IMG/VR virus record: IMGVR_UViG_3300017971_000536
Coordinates: 1-36,097 of that record
DNA from: a virus
Lineage: Duplodnaviria > Caudoviricetes
Direction: 5' to 3' (one strand)
DNA length: 36,097 nt
This document shows, piece after piece, positions 1-10,004 of the stretch (position 1 is its first letter; each line of letters starts with the position of its first letter). The notes beneath the pieces were generated by a model, which was given only the letters and a program-made list of their open reading frames with translations, did no database searches and was not told the DNA's origin. A program made the translations under genes and the position numbers.

Positions 1-877
1 GAGCACCACCAATTAAAAGACCTCTAGTTCCAGCAGCTTCTTGCTGAGCTGCACTGGCTTGCTGAGCTGCACTTTGCATAGCTTGTTGTGCTTGATTACC
101 AAGAGCACCAGTAACTCCCGTTGCTTTTGCTAATTGATTTTGAAAATTTTGTTGTAACAAACCTTTATTATACATTTCTTGTTGATTAGCAATACTTGCT
201 CTTTGTTGAGCTTGTTGTTGTTTTGCAGCTGTATCTCTAGCGGCAACGGCAGCATTAAATTGTCTAATAGCATCACTAGCTTGTGCCTTTTGTGCATCTT
301 GTGAAAATTGACGAGATCCCATTTGACTTGCCATTTGTCCTGCTTGAGCCAATGCGTTCCTTCTTGCTGCAGCTTGCTGAGCTGCTAATTCTAAACCCTC
401 TTGGGATGCACGTTGTGTTGCAGCTTGAGATGATCCAAGCTGAGCTGCTAATTGTGCTCCAGAATCTAATGCCCCTCTTTGAGCCATTTGTTGTAATATA
501 CTTGCTTGTCGAGCTTGTTCATCAGCCCCAATTTGACTTCTAAGAGCTTCAATTCTAGCTCTATCTTCAGCTGTAAATCCTTCTTCTCCAGCTTGTTGTA
601 GAGCCGATAGAGCATCTAATTCTGCCTCTTGTAGTCTTGGATCTATTTGTATATCTTCAAATGCACTTGGTCCAAGTCTTTCTTCTAAAGATGAAAGAAC
701 TAATTCTGGTTGTTCTAAAACTATTTTTTGAGCTTCAACAGATGGAATTCCAAGTTTTTCTAACTCAAGAACCGCTCGTTGTTGTAAAGCATCAGCTTGT
801 TGTCGTTCAGCAGCTCCTGCACTTGGATCAGCGGTAAGTCCTAAAGAACCTGTTACCTTATTTACAATACTACCCAC
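1..877 (-). CDS. Q/A-rich internal virion (ejection/pilot-like) protein, 3' end outside the window
   Basis: Not in the ORF track. GTG at 877 follows AAGGAG and the frame stays open to the window edge: MGSIVNKVTGSLGLTADPSAGAAERQQADALQQ...QQMAQRGALDSGAQLAAQ... Composition is helical and Q/A-rich, and it lies downstream of the nozzle and GNAT genes. Confidence 0.7.
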   Translation of the reverse strand, partial: MGSIVNKVTGSLGLTADPSAGAAERQQADALQQRAVLELEKLGIPSVEAQKIVLEQPELVLSSLEERLGPSAFEDIQIDPRLQEAELDALSALQQAGEEGFTAEDRARIEALRSQIGADEQARQASILQQMAQRGALDSGAQLAAQLGSSQAATQRASQEGLELAAQQAAARRNALAQAGQMASQMGSRQFSQDAQKAQASDAIRQFNAAVAARDTAAKQQQAQQRASIANQQEMYNKGLLQQNFQNQLAKATGVTGALGNQAQQAMQSAAQQASAAQQEAAGTRGLLIGGA

Positions 878-878
878 T

Positions 879-1208
879 TTATAGCTCCTTTTGATAATAA
901 ATCATTGTATTCGTTTCTTTTATTTTTTTATAATCATTTAATAAAATATATTTATCACTTTGTTTCCAATTATTTGCATCTTTACAACTAAAACAAATAA
1001 TTAGTTTACAACCAGAAAAATTAGCCATTTCTTCAATTAATTTAGCATAGTTTTTACCAAATCCTAATTTTCTAAATTCTGGAAGAATAAATAAATCATT
1101 TACCTGAAAAATATCATCAGTAATTCTATATGTAAAAAAGCCTACTTTATCTTCATATAATAATGCATCTTCTCTTTCAAGAATATATTGTTCATATTTA
1201 TCCATCAC
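879..1208 (-). CDS. GNAT-family acetyltransferase-like protein
   Basis: Contains the acetyl-CoA-binding motif A pattern 'DLFILPEFRKLGFGK' and a C-terminal 'YKKIKET..MIYYQKEL'. Confidence 0.75.
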   Translation of the reverse strand: MMDKYEQYILEREDALLYEDKVGFFTYRITDDIFQVNDLFILPEFRKLGFGKNYAKLIEEMANFSGCKLIICFSCKDANNWKQSDKYILLNDYKKIKETNTMIYYQKEL

Positions 1209-1629
1209 TTAAAAACTCTGCTGTTTTATTTCCAAAAGTTTTACAACAAATCCAGGCATCACCTGGATCAGTAATAATTGCACCTTTCTCTTGAAATCTT
1301 TTTGCCATTGTTTCAACATCTGTTGAATAATATAAATATTTTATACCCACTTCATCACATTCTTTAAAAATAAAGTCTAAAATTAGATCTGTGGCTTTTC
1401 TTCTGTCTTCTTTATTTGAATTTATATCCCCAATTGTGAATCCCATTTTTGCCATATTTGTTCCAATGGTTCTATAATAACTACTAAATACAATTGGTTT
1501 ATTATTTTTTTCTACTATATAACTAAATGGCGAAATAGCATCTCTATCCCACATAGTCCAGTCCCACTCTTGAAACCATTTTGATAACAAATCGAAATCT
1601 TTTTTATCATCATATTTTCGAATATTCAA
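1198..1629 (-). CDS. GNAT-fold-like protein (divergent)
   Basis: Likely start is TTG at 1629 after GGAGAG (MNIRKYDDKKDFDLLSKW...), rather than 1683. Has a GNAT-like layout: 'DRRKATDLILDFI..ECDEVGIKYLY...MAKRFQEKG'. Confidence 0.55.
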   Translation of the reverse strand: MNIRKYDDKKDFDLLSKWFQEWDWTMWDRDAISPFSYIVEKNNKPIVFSSYYRTIGTNMAKMGFTIGDINSNKEDRRKATDLILDFIFKECDEVGIKYLYYSTDVETMAKRFQEKGAIITDPGDAWICCKTFGNKTAEFLSDG

Positions 1630-1630
1630 A

Positions 1631-2059
1631 CTACTCTCCCTGAAGTTTATATTCTTCTTCCAATAACCAATTATTACGATCAATATTTGAATTTAAATTT
1701 TCAATTTTTTGATCTTCAGAAATCCATTCATCATCTGTTTCTTGAAAATCTGCTGCAATAAAATTATTAACAACCATTAAATGATTTTCTGTATTAAGAG
1801 GATAAACTATAGATTCTGGAGATAAATTTGTCAGTTCGGCATGTTCTGAATCTTCAACTCTTAGCCATTTTCCATTTTCAAATACAGCATGATATGAAGT
1901 AACAAAAGATCCTTTATATTTATAAATTTCACCATAAGCAATGGCTTTTCCAGTAGCTGTTACTTTACCACCTAAATATAGTGATTCTCCCAAATCGATA
2001 TCCTCAATGTTTTTGATTGAACCGTCTTCCATTTTTACAGAAGTACCTTTCATAAAACA
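1631..2059 (-). other. Hint (Hedgehog/intein-like) autoprocessing domain, non-canonical C-terminus
   Basis: Cys codon at 2057-2059 and TxxH present. There is no HN-[CST] splice junction; the domain ends '...NNFIAADFQETDDEW...'. Confidence 0.7.
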
Positions 2060-3949
2060 AAAAATACTTTTAACTACATTTTTAGCTTTTTCAGCCGCTC
2101 GCTTAGCTTCAGATGCAATATTACTAGCCACATTAACCGCCTCAGTCATACCACCTGTTGCAAGTCCGGCAATAACTCGATCAATATTTTCATTTCCTGT
2201 AATATTACCACCAACTGCACTAGCTATTTGTTCAGCTGTTTTTATAATATTTTCACCACTTTTGATTGTGTTTCCAACTAAATTAAAAGGATTTACTGTA
2301 AAAAGACTTTCTCCAGCAGCACCTAGATTTTGTAAATCACTTCCAACTGCTCCTTGTAAATCAGGAGTAAGAGCTTGTTCAGTTCCAGTTAGAGCATCAT
2401 CTGCTGAACTTAGTAATGCTCCAGTTGGACCTCCACTAATTAATAATTGTTCAGGACTTAAACCTTCTTTCATGGTATCAGGTAGATTTAAAATTTCTTG
2501 ACCAATAGCAGCTTGAGCCCCACCCAGATCGACACCTGTATTTTGAGCTAATTTATCTTGAAAGTCACTTACCCCAAAAAGAGTTGCTGCCATAAAAGGA
2601 TTTGCAGCTAATAAAGCAGTTTGAAATGCATTAATTGCTTCTTGTTTACCCGTAATTCCTTGTTCAGTAACATTTAAATCACCTCGATTCATTCGATCCA
2701 AAACGTCTTTTATAGCCGTTTCAGCATTGAATCTAAGTGCAGCTTGTGCCGTTGAATCTCCCAAACCTTCTTGTCCTACAAGTTTACTTAAGGCATCAAA
2801 TCTAGCTCGATCTTCGGCACTAGCAATTGTTTGTCTATTGAAATTCTTAGGATCAATAACATCTAAATATTGCGAAAAATCAACTTCTTTAGGTACGCCA
2901 CCTGTTGCTGTCAAAAAACCTTGAAGAGTTCCTTGAAGTCCTTCAGCAACACCAAGTTCGTCAAATTCTTCTTTGGTTAAAAATTGTCGTTTTTGTAATT
3001 TATTTAAAAGTTCTTGTCTTCGATCAGTTAATTTTTGAAGCTCAGTAGCGGCTTGTTGATCTAATTCTTGTCCCAAAGTTGTTCTAGCACCTTGCTCACC
3101 TAAAATACTTTGAGCAGCTTCACCCTCTCGACCAGTAAATTCAGACACATCCTTTTTTAATCCATAAACATCTTGAATTGCTTTTTTACGAGCTTGAGTT
3201 ATACTATCAGCTAAACCACCAAGTTGTTGTTGAGTTCCTTGAACCATTTGTTGTGTAGCAGTTGGATCAGCACTTAAAATCAAAGAATCAACTGCCCTTT
3301 GACCTCTTGTATATGGTCTTCCACGTCCAGAAAATGTTTGTCTTAATAATTCTTCTCTTCCTTGTGCTCGACCAGCTTGACTAGATAATCTTTCTAGTGC
3401 TTTAGCTCTTGATCTTTGTTGAAGTAGATCTACTGGTTGGGCAACATCAAATTGAGAACCGTTAGTAATTAATCCTTGAAATCTTTGAAAATCTTCATCA
3501 GATAACTCTCCAGAACCAGCCTTTTGAATAGCTTCTTGAGTAAATTCGCGAGATTCTTGAAGACGACTTTGAGTTTGATCTAGATTTTGTTGAAGTTTAT
3601 CTTGTTGTTTTTGAATTTGATTTTTTATATCTTGAGCTTGTTGTCCTACTTTTCCCGTAACAGCTCCAGAAATTCTTTCAGCAGCTGGTTTATTTGCACT
3701 GATATATTTACGAATATCAGTAAACATTCCCGAACCTTTTTGTTTACGTGTTCCTGTGGCAGGAGTTGATTGTGGAGCTACTTGGGAACCAATTTGAGGT
3801 TGACCTGCACTAATAGATACAGGTGTACCTTGTCCCACTTGTTGTTCTTGATCTTCTTGGGATTGTTGTTGATTCAATTGGTCTTGTGTGGCAAGAGTGT
3901 TCATTCCAACTTCTTGTGAACCCTCTTCCTCCTCAGGTATAAATGCCAT
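1631..3949 (-). CDS. Q-rich internal virion/ejection-type protein with C-terminal Hint domain
   Basis: 772 aa, coiled-coil and Q-rich body. Residue 631 begins 'CFMKGTSVKMEDGSIKNIEDIDLGE' (Hint block A), followed by 'VTSYHAV' (block B TxxH). Confidence 0.7.
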   Translation of the reverse strand: MAFIPEEEEGSQEVGMNTLATQDQLNQQQSQEDQEQQVGQGTPVSISAGQPQIGSQVAPQSTPATGTRKQKGSGMFTDIRKYISANKPAAERISGAVTGKVGQQAQDIKNQIQKQQDKLQQNLDQTQSRLQESREFTQEAIQKAGSGELSDEDFQRFQGLITNGSQFDVAQPVDLLQQRSRAKALERLSSQAGRAQGREELLRQTFSGRGRPYTRGQRAVDSLILSADPTATQQMVQGTQQQLGGLADSITQARKKAIQDVYGLKKDVSEFTGREGEAAQSILGEQGARTTLGQELDQQAATELQKLTDRRQELLNKLQKRQFLTKEEFDELGVAEGLQGTLQGFLTATGGVPKEVDFSQYLDVIDPKNFNRQTIASAEDRARFDALSKLVGQEGLGDSTAQAALRFNAETAIKDVLDRMNRGDLNVTEQGITGKQEAINAFQTALLAANPFMAATLFGVSDFQDKLAQNTGVDLGGAQAAIGQEILNLPDTMKEGLSPEQLLISGGPTGALLSSADDALTGTEQALTPDLQGAVGSDLQNLGAAGESLFTVNPFNLVGNTIKSGENIIKTAEQIASAVGGNITGNENIDRVIAGLATGGMTEAVNVASNIASEAKRAAEKAKNVVKSIFCFMKGTSVKMEDGSIKNIEDIDLGESLYLGGKVTATGKAIAYGEIYKYKGSFVTSYHAVFENGKWLRVEDSEHAELTNLSPESIVYPLNTENHLMVVNNFIAADFQETDDEWISEDQKIENLNSNIDRNNWLLEEEYKLQGE

Positions 3950-3973
3950 TTTTTCTCCAGCTATCTCTATATA

Positions 3974-3983
3974 TAGTTGTTAA
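3974..3983 (-). promoter_or_regulatory. TTAACAACTA box (candidate late promoter)
   Basis: Intergenic, about 25 nt upstream of the 3949 start. The 20-nt context ctctatatatagttgttaat is identical to the copy at 23132-23151. Confidence 0.65.
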
Positions 3984-3985
3984 TA

Positions 3986-4393
3986 CTAGAAAATTAGCTC
4001 TATTGTTAATCTATAAGTTTCTCCAACATTTAGTCCCTTAATATTATCAATAGTATACATTCCTGTACCCTCTGATGTAAAGGAAATAAATGGAGTTGAT
4101 TGTAAAAAATTTACTCTATTCGTTAAATTTACAGCATTTACAACATTTGTTCCGCTTAACCCTATAGAATTATTGAATTGTGTTGATTGCAATGGGTTAC
4201 CATTGGAGTCAACCACAACATCGATAGTTATTAGTGCTCTTTGTAAATTAGCAAAATCTACATTACCATTTAAAACATTAGTTACTTGTTCAGCAAAATA
4301 GTTATAAATATTGCCTATTCTTTCAGCAACTTCTCGATCTTCTGGTTTAAATTCATCTGTTGTAATTCTTTTTACTGTATCTATAAAAGGCAT
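3986..4393 (-). CDS. hypothetical virion/tail protein
   Basis: 135-aa ORF with GGAG RBS, directly after the nozzle gene. Confidence 0.6.
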   Translation of the reverse strand: MPFIDTVKRITTDEFKPEDREVAERIGNIYNYFAEQVTNVLNGNVDFANLQRALITIDVVVDSNGNPLQSTQFNNSIGLSGTNVVNAVNLTNRVNFLQSTPFISFTSEGTGMYTIDNIKGLNVGETYRLTIELIF

Positions 4394-4409
4394 CTCAGAA
4401 CTCCATATT

Positions 4410-7400
4410 CTATCTGTAAGCTCGTTTACTAAGTGGTCTGGGCTCTAGGCTTATGCCAAGTACTCGAAAGATCTCACGGGCATTTATATGCTCAAATTTA
4501 ACTCTTATATGTCTACATCTTTGTTTTTCTCTAGGAATTAAAGTTCTAACTGGTATCTCATTTCCTTCACCACCCCAGGTGCTTTCTCCCCAGATATTTC
4601 CACCCCAAAAACCCACTCCTCTAGCTAAAAACTCAATTTCCTCAAAATTAAAACTTCTATCTGAGGCATATGCAACCATTCCACTATAGAAATTATTTTG
4701 ATCAAATATAATAGTTCCTTCTCGAACTTGTTTTAATAAATCAGAAGCACCAAAATGTTGTGGAACCCATTGAATTGCAGTTAAAATACCTAAAAATGCT
4801 TGTATTGGTCCTTCAATAAAAGGAAGAGAAGAAGATAAAGTTACTTGGTTTGACAAGTCGATTTTAGATAAAATAATAGACTCATATGGAACAATACCAT
4901 CAGAATCTTGATAATCTTTAAAGTTAGTATCACAAGCTACATCATTTAATTCAGACATTAAAACATTAAATTCACTCTGTAATGTAGCAAAATCCGTAGA
5001 ATAAGTGGCTGGAGTTACAGTTCCACTCGAATCATCTGCCACTAATTTAATATTTAAACTATCCATTTTATTAGTTAAATTATCTCCAGATATCGCTTCA
5101 AGAGTTGCAAAGTAATCTGTATCATCTAATCCAGAATCTAAATCTAATCGCCTTAGTAGTCTATTTAATTGAGAAATAGTTAAATATTGATTTTGAACAA
5201 GAACATCTCCTTTTTGAACATCAGTCGTGTTATTTAAATTTAACACATCATCATTAACACCAGATGCTGAAATTGTTAAAGTAAAATCTCGATCTGAATA
5301 ATCTGTTCTATTGTCATTTTTTCTTTCTTGATCTAATACATTTCTGTCACCAGGACCAACATATAGAATATCATTTCCTGGATTCACAATACCACAAGTT
5401 GCAGATACCGTCCATCGAGTCCAAGTTCTTGTAAATGTATTATATCTATATGCTTGAGTTGCTAATGTGTCTGTTGATTCTGTTGGCATCCAAAGAATAT
5501 AAGCACGATCTGATTCATATGAAACACCAAATGTACTTAATTCAAATTCAAATCTTGAATTTACAATTTCTAGAATTTTATTTTCAATTGGTCGAGAAAT
5601 AATACTTACTCCACCTTCAGTTATTGTAACAACCCCTTGGGTAGTAAGAGCATATATTTTATTATTTAAAACAACAGCAGAATCAGGTGCTACCAACTCT
5701 GTTGAACCATCTAATAATCTAGAACCAAAATTTGGAGCAGTTGTCCCTGTTACAATATACACACCATCTTCTTTTAACACAAATAAATTATCCCTAAGAG
5801 CTAAAATTCTTTGAATAGATTTATCTTTAGGACCAATATCAATAAAATTTACCAGAGGAACTGCTTCTGGTTGATTAACTTTAGAATAAAAAAGTCTATT
5901 TGAAGATTCTTCATTATCTGAAAAAACGGTTGTCTTATACCAAATTCCAGTAGTTCCAGCTACTGTAACATCAATTGGTATAGTAAATGTATTTATTCCC
6001 GTTACGGTAACTTCATATTCACCTTGAATAGCTGGGGTACTATCTGTATTGTAAATATAAACAGTTTCACCCGAAATCAAACCGTGACCAGCTGAAGTTA
6101 TTTCTGTAGGGTTAGTTGCAGAAATGGCAGTAATAGTTTCTGTAGTTGCCAATTCAGGATTCCATTGTGCAACAATAGCTGTATCACTTGTTGCTATAAA
6201 AAACGGATCATCTTCTAATGATCTTGATTCAAATAAAATAATACCAGGAAGATCATTAACTCCAGATAAATAAAAAGCATTTACTGGAGAATTAGCATCT
6301 TGATTTATTACCTTTACTAAACTTCGAGCTGATTCATCAATTGCCAAACCAGCAGAAGCTTCGCTTGATAAAAGAACCTCATTACTAGCTGCATCTTCTC
6401 CATCGCCTTGTGTTGTAACAACAACTGCCCAAACTCCTCCAAGTGAAGAACCAATTGATAAATCAGTTGTATTACCATTTTTTGAATTAGTTACGGTCAC
6501 AACAGCACCAGAGTCGCTAGCTGAAAAATCATCCAAAAGATCAAGAATAGTTGCAGTTTTACTTGCCACATCTGAATCAGTATCTCCTGATTCAATTTCA
6601 ACTCTAATTCCAATTCTATTGGCTACACTTGGATCACTAGTCGCTCCTTTGTCAAACCACACATAATACTTTCTTTCATCTCTAGCTGAATTTAAAAGTA
6701 TATAGCCAGTATCTGTTGTGTTTGCAAAAGAATCACAGGTTATGTCACTAACTTGCGCTTCTCCAATAAAAGTATATTCTGAAACTAATGAAGAATTTCC
6801 AATAATAATATCAGAAACATTTGATGTAAAAGCTGTTACAGATAATAAATTAATTGTAGCTCTATGTGTTGTTTTTGTATTAGAATAAAATACTGAATTG
6901 CGAAATAATTCAATATCTTGTGCAATAGGAGGGCGCTCATTCGCCTGAAGAATACCCTCTCCTGTATTAGGATTTGTATATAAAAAAGCACCTGAAGCTC
7001 TAAAAGATTCTGTTGTAATATCAGTAAATGAAATTTCACCAGCTAATATTTCGGCATCAGTAATATTAGCTTCAAATGCCAAATTCATTTCATCGCCAGG
7101 ATCTAGATCTTCTAGATTTGTTCCTGTTGTTGCTGTAATTGGAGCTGTTCGATATAATTGATAAAAATAATCAGTTGAATCAACATCAGATGGAACGATA
7201 GCAGTAATAGTTGCATTTGCAGAAGAACCTTGAGATACCGAGCCTTGTTCTAAAACCGTTGTAGTTACTGCAGTTAAATTAGTACTCGAAGCTGCATCAG
7301 TTAAATCCGTTCCTGCTTCTAAACTTGTAATTGTAACAGTTGAGCCTATAACTTCTGAACTAAATTCACTAGATAATTGGCTAGAAATAGCACTTGCAGC

Positions 7401-8219
7401 AGCAACAGCAATATCACTTGAACTTGATAAACCATCAATATCGGCTTCAATTCTCGTTCTTCCAACAGTTTCTGGAGCTTGTGGTGCATCTGGATTTGCT
7501 GATGTACTAAACCAAAGAAAATATTCTGAATTTACAGAACTAAATGTTACAAATCTATCAGCAACTGTTCCATCATAATCTGTTGCTAAATTGGATGTAA
7601 AAACTAGTTCAAATTGTTCTGCTGTATTTATATCACTACTTGTATTTGTTAAAATAGTTCTTGAACTTGGAGATCCTAAAATTAAATTATTGTTATTATC
7701 TCTGATTCCCCAAACTAGTCGATATGCACATTTACTTTGAGGTGCTAAAAAACCACCACTAGTAAAAAGAAGTTCTGCACTAACATCTAAAGCTTTTACA
7801 CCTCCAGCATCTGTGATACTTGATGTTGTAATTTGAGATGCATTTCGAGCTGATATTTTTTTAATGCCATCATTTGTTGTGAAAAAAAAGTTTCCATTAG
7901 CTTCTTGAGATTTAATTCTAAGTCCATCAAGAAGTTCTTCATATGTTCCCGAGAATGTATTAAAAGATCCACTACCAGAACTATCAAATTGCATAATATC
8001 ATTATAATGTCTTAAAATTCGATCTTTATAAACCATTAATTGATTTAATCGATCGTCTGTTGTTCCAAATGTATTACCAAATTCACCAAGACCTCGACGA
8101 CTTTCAATAGTGTCTGGTGCGTCAATTACAACATTATCTGCTATGTCTAAAGCGCCTTCTTTTTCATTTATCTCATTATTAAATGTATAAAGACCGGCAG
8201 CTTTTTTTAATACAGGCAC
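4410..8219 (-). CDS. tail nozzle / tail tubular B-like (P22 gp10/T7 gp12-type) protein with inserted domains
   Basis: 1269 aa, beta-rich. N-terminal 'GALDIADNVVID...IESRRG', propeller-like 'RLFYSKVNQPEAVP...LALRDNLFVLKEDGVYIVTG', C-terminal 'GFWGGNIWGESTWGG...RHIRVKFEH'. Follows the adaptor-like gene. Confidence 0.65.
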   Translation of the reverse strand: MPVLKKAAGLYTFNNEINEKEGALDIADNVVIDAPDTIESRRGLGEFGNTFGTTDDRLNQLMVYKDRILRHYNDIMQFDSSGSGSFNTFSGTYEELLDGLRIKSQEANGNFFFTTNDGIKKISARNASQITTSSITDAGGVKALDVSAELLFTSGGFLAPQSKCAYRLVWGIRDNNNNLILGSPSSRTILTNTSSDINTAEQFELVFTSNLATDYDGTVADRFVTFSSVNSEYFLWFSTSANPDAPQAPETVGRTRIEADIDGLSSSSDIAVAAASAISSQLSSEFSSEVIGSTVTITSLEAGTDLTDAASSTNLTAVTTTVLEQGSVSQGSSANATITAIVPSDVDSTDYFYQLYRTAPITATTGTNLEDLDPGDEMNLAFEANITDAEILAGEISFTDITTESFRASGAFLYTNPNTGEGILQANERPPIAQDIELFRNSVFYSNTKTTHRATINLLSVTAFTSNVSDIIIGNSSLVSEYTFIGEAQVSDITCDSFANTTDTGYILLNSARDERKYYVWFDKGATSDPSVANRIGIRVEIESGDTDSDVASKTATILDLLDDFSASDSGAVVTVTNSKNGNTTDLSIGSSLGGVWAVVVTTQGDGEDAASNEVLLSSEASAGLAIDESARSLVKVINQDANSPVNAFYLSGVNDLPGIILFESRSLEDDPFFIATSDTAIVAQWNPELATTETITAISATNPTEITSAGHGLISGETVYIYNTDSTPAIQGEYEVTVTGINTFTIPIDVTVAGTTGIWYKTTVFSDNEESSNRLFYSKVNQPEAVPLVNFIDIGPKDKSIQRILALRDNLFVLKEDGVYIVTGTTAPNFGSRLLDGSTELVAPDSAVVLNNKIYALTTQGVVTITEGGVSIISRPIENKILEIVNSRFEFELSTFGVSYESDRAYILWMPTESTDTLATQAYRYNTFTRTWTRWTVSATCGIVNPGNDILYVGPGDRNVLDQERKNDNRTDYSDRDFTLTISASGVNDDVLNLNNTTDVQKGDVLVQNQYLTISQLNRLLRRLDLDSGLDDTDYFATLEAISGDNLTNKMDSLNIKLVADDSSGTVTPATYSTDFATLQSEFNVLMSELNDVACDTNFKDYQDSDGIVPYESIILSKIDLSNQVTLSSSLPFIEGPIQAFLGILTAIQWVPQHFGASDLLKQVREGTIIFDQNNFYSGMVAYASDRSFNFEEIEFLARGVGFWGGNIWGESTWGGEGNEIPVRTLIPREKQRCRHIRVKFEHINAREIFRVLGISLEPRPLSKRAYR

Positions 8220-9202
8220 TAGGATCTCCTTCGACCAATTACATTACTTGAAATAACAGCCTCTCTTAAAGTTCCATGTCTATTATTAATCTTTTCTGGA
8301 GCACCCTCAACTCGATTATCAATAATATCATTTGTTGCTCTTTCCATCATTTCTAGACGCCTCTGAGCCGCAGCAAGACCTTCTTGATCTCCCAATGCTT
8401 CTAGTGCCGCCACTGCAACTCTCTGAGCTAAAACTGCGTGTAATTCTACAGGTAATTGTGGTACAAATGTTTCTTGGGCAACATTTAAATAATCACCTAC
8501 TATTAAATTTTGAGGAATATCACTAGGACTAAAAGTAACTGTTCTTGTATTTGAATCAACAGTGGTTGGCGTTTTATCAAAATCTAAAATAATATTGGGA
8601 CTTTGATGTTTTACAAAATCCATATCAGGAGATGAAGCAAATGCATTAGGAAAAGTCTCTAAAGTGATTACTCCAGTTGTTCGATCTATATTTTGAATTA
8701 ATCCCACTCTATCTTCCAAAACAAAAGCATTAGGTCTAAGATAAAAATGCATTCTTAAAACAGCATTAGTTATGGGCATTTCTCCAAGTAGTACAATTTT
8801 ATTATTTTCAACATAAAATGCTTGTGTATATCTAGTTGTTGCATAATTATTATAATCTGGCAAATCATCAACAGATATTCGACTCATTTCATAAACTTGT
8901 TCTGTTGTTGCTTGTCCAGTTAAACCACTAACATTTGTAACATAACTTAATTCTCTAAGTTTATTTCCCAATGCTCTATATGGAATTTCATATTTTTGTT
9001 TATCTTCATCTAATTCGAAATCTAAAGAAACAAGGAGATATTCTTCATGTGTTCTAAGTAAATGAGGGATGCCAAAATATTGAATTTCTTCATTGAGCAT
9101 TTCTAAGAAGTCTTCATCTGTAAATGTGTTTTGATCACTAGGAATCATTGCTCTACGTTTTATACTTCTTAATAACTCAGTAGAGGTTAGAACGCTACTC
9201 AT
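8219..9202 (-). CDS. head-tail adaptor / tail tubular A-like protein
   Basis: N-terminal 'STELLRSIKRRAMIP...FTDEDFLEMLNEE' and C-terminal 'PQLPVELHAVLAQRVAVAALEALGD' fit podoviral adaptor proteins; position agrees. Confidence 0.6.
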   Translation of the reverse strand: MSSVLTSTELLRSIKRRAMIPSDQNTFTDEDFLEMLNEEIQYFGIPHLLRTHEEYLLVSLDFELDEDKQKYEIPYRALGNKLRELSYVTNVSGLTGQATTEQVYEMSRISVDDLPDYNNYATTRYTQAFYVENNKIVLLGEMPITNAVLRMHFYLRPNAFVLEDRVGLIQNIDRTTGVITLETFPNAFASSPDMDFVKHQSPNIILDFDKTPTTVDSNTRTVTFSPSDIPQNLIVGDYLNVAQETFVPQLPVELHAVLAQRVAVAALEALGDQEGLAAAQRRLEMMERATNDIIDNRVEGAPEKINNRHGTLREAVISSNVIGRRRS

Positions 9203-9217
9203 TCGTGGCTCCTATTT

Positions 9218-9664
9218 TTAGTATTTTTTTCTTTTTTTCATCAATTCTTTTATACGATCAGCTTTACTAGATTTTTTACAACCACCATCTTTATATTGAT
9301 CTTTCATAAGTTTAGGAAATTCTTTTCTGTGATCTAAATATTTAGGTTTTTTCTTAGTAATAAAAGGATCTTCTTTATATCCTCTATATTCGCCTTCTCC
9401 TTTTCCAAAAGAATCAGGGACTTCTGTTGTTCTTTCTTTTACACCACCACCTGCATATTCTTCACCCTCAAGCATTTCTTTTCTTTTTTCAAGAATTTGT
9501 TGTGCTTTAGAAAGTCCTTCTTCTAGACCTTCTTCAGAATCTGAAGCAACTGTAACTTTTTGTAAACCATCTTTCATTGGTCCATACATATCTTCTTTCA
9601 TAGCCGATTTTAGCTCTTTTAGCATCTTTTTTCTAACATCTTTTTTCATTTTATCGTAAGACAT
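9218..9664 (-). CDS. hypothetical K/E-rich protein
   Basis: 148 aa, AAGGAG RBS, preceded by a TTAACAACTA box. Contains YAGGG and YKDGG. Confidence 0.65.
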   Translation of the reverse strand: MSYDKMKKDVRKKMLKELKSAMKEDMYGPMKDGLQKVTVASDSEEGLEEGLSKAQQILEKRKEMLEGEEYAGGGVKERTTEVPDSFGKGEGEYRGYKEDPFITKKKPKYLDHRKEFPKLMKDQYKDGGCKKSSKADRIKELMKKRKKY

Positions 9665-9698
9665 TTTTTTCTCCTTGTTTTACATTATGTCTCATAAT

Positions 9699-9708
9699 TA
9701 GTTGTTAA
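9699..9708 (-). promoter_or_regulatory. TTAACAACTA box
   Basis: Intergenic, 35 nt upstream of the 9664 start. Context cataattagttgttaat is shared with the 31511 copy. Confidence 0.65.
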
Positions 9709-9710
9709 TA

Positions 9711-10004
9711 TTAGCATTTCCAGGCTTTTCTAGACCAGTAATTAGCTGATAATTTGTCCTTTAATTTGCCAATTCCTTTAGATCTGGCACAATAACTTTT
9801 GCGTCTTTTAGGGTTATGAGTTCCATCGGGCATTTTATGTCCAAATCGAACGATCTTTTCTTTACCATCTTGACAAGCCTTTACAACGTGAGTTTTTTCA
9901 CCAGATGGTGATCTTTTTGGCTTATTACAAGACATATTCTTTTTACTAATTCCACCTTTGGCAAACTTTTTTAAAATTTTCTTTTTTACTTTTAATTTAT
10001 CCAT
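9711..10004 (-). CDS. basic hypothetical phage protein
   Basis: 97 aa. The pattern 'KIVRFG...RRKSYCARSKG...SANYWSRKAWKC' resembles, from memory, a widespread small phage/virus protein family of unknown function. Confidence 0.65.
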   Translation of the reverse strand: MDKLKVKKKILKKFAKGGISKKNMSCNKPKRSPSGEKTHVVKACQDGKEKIVRFGHKMPDGTHNPKRRKSYCARSKGIGKLKDKLSANYWSRKAWKC

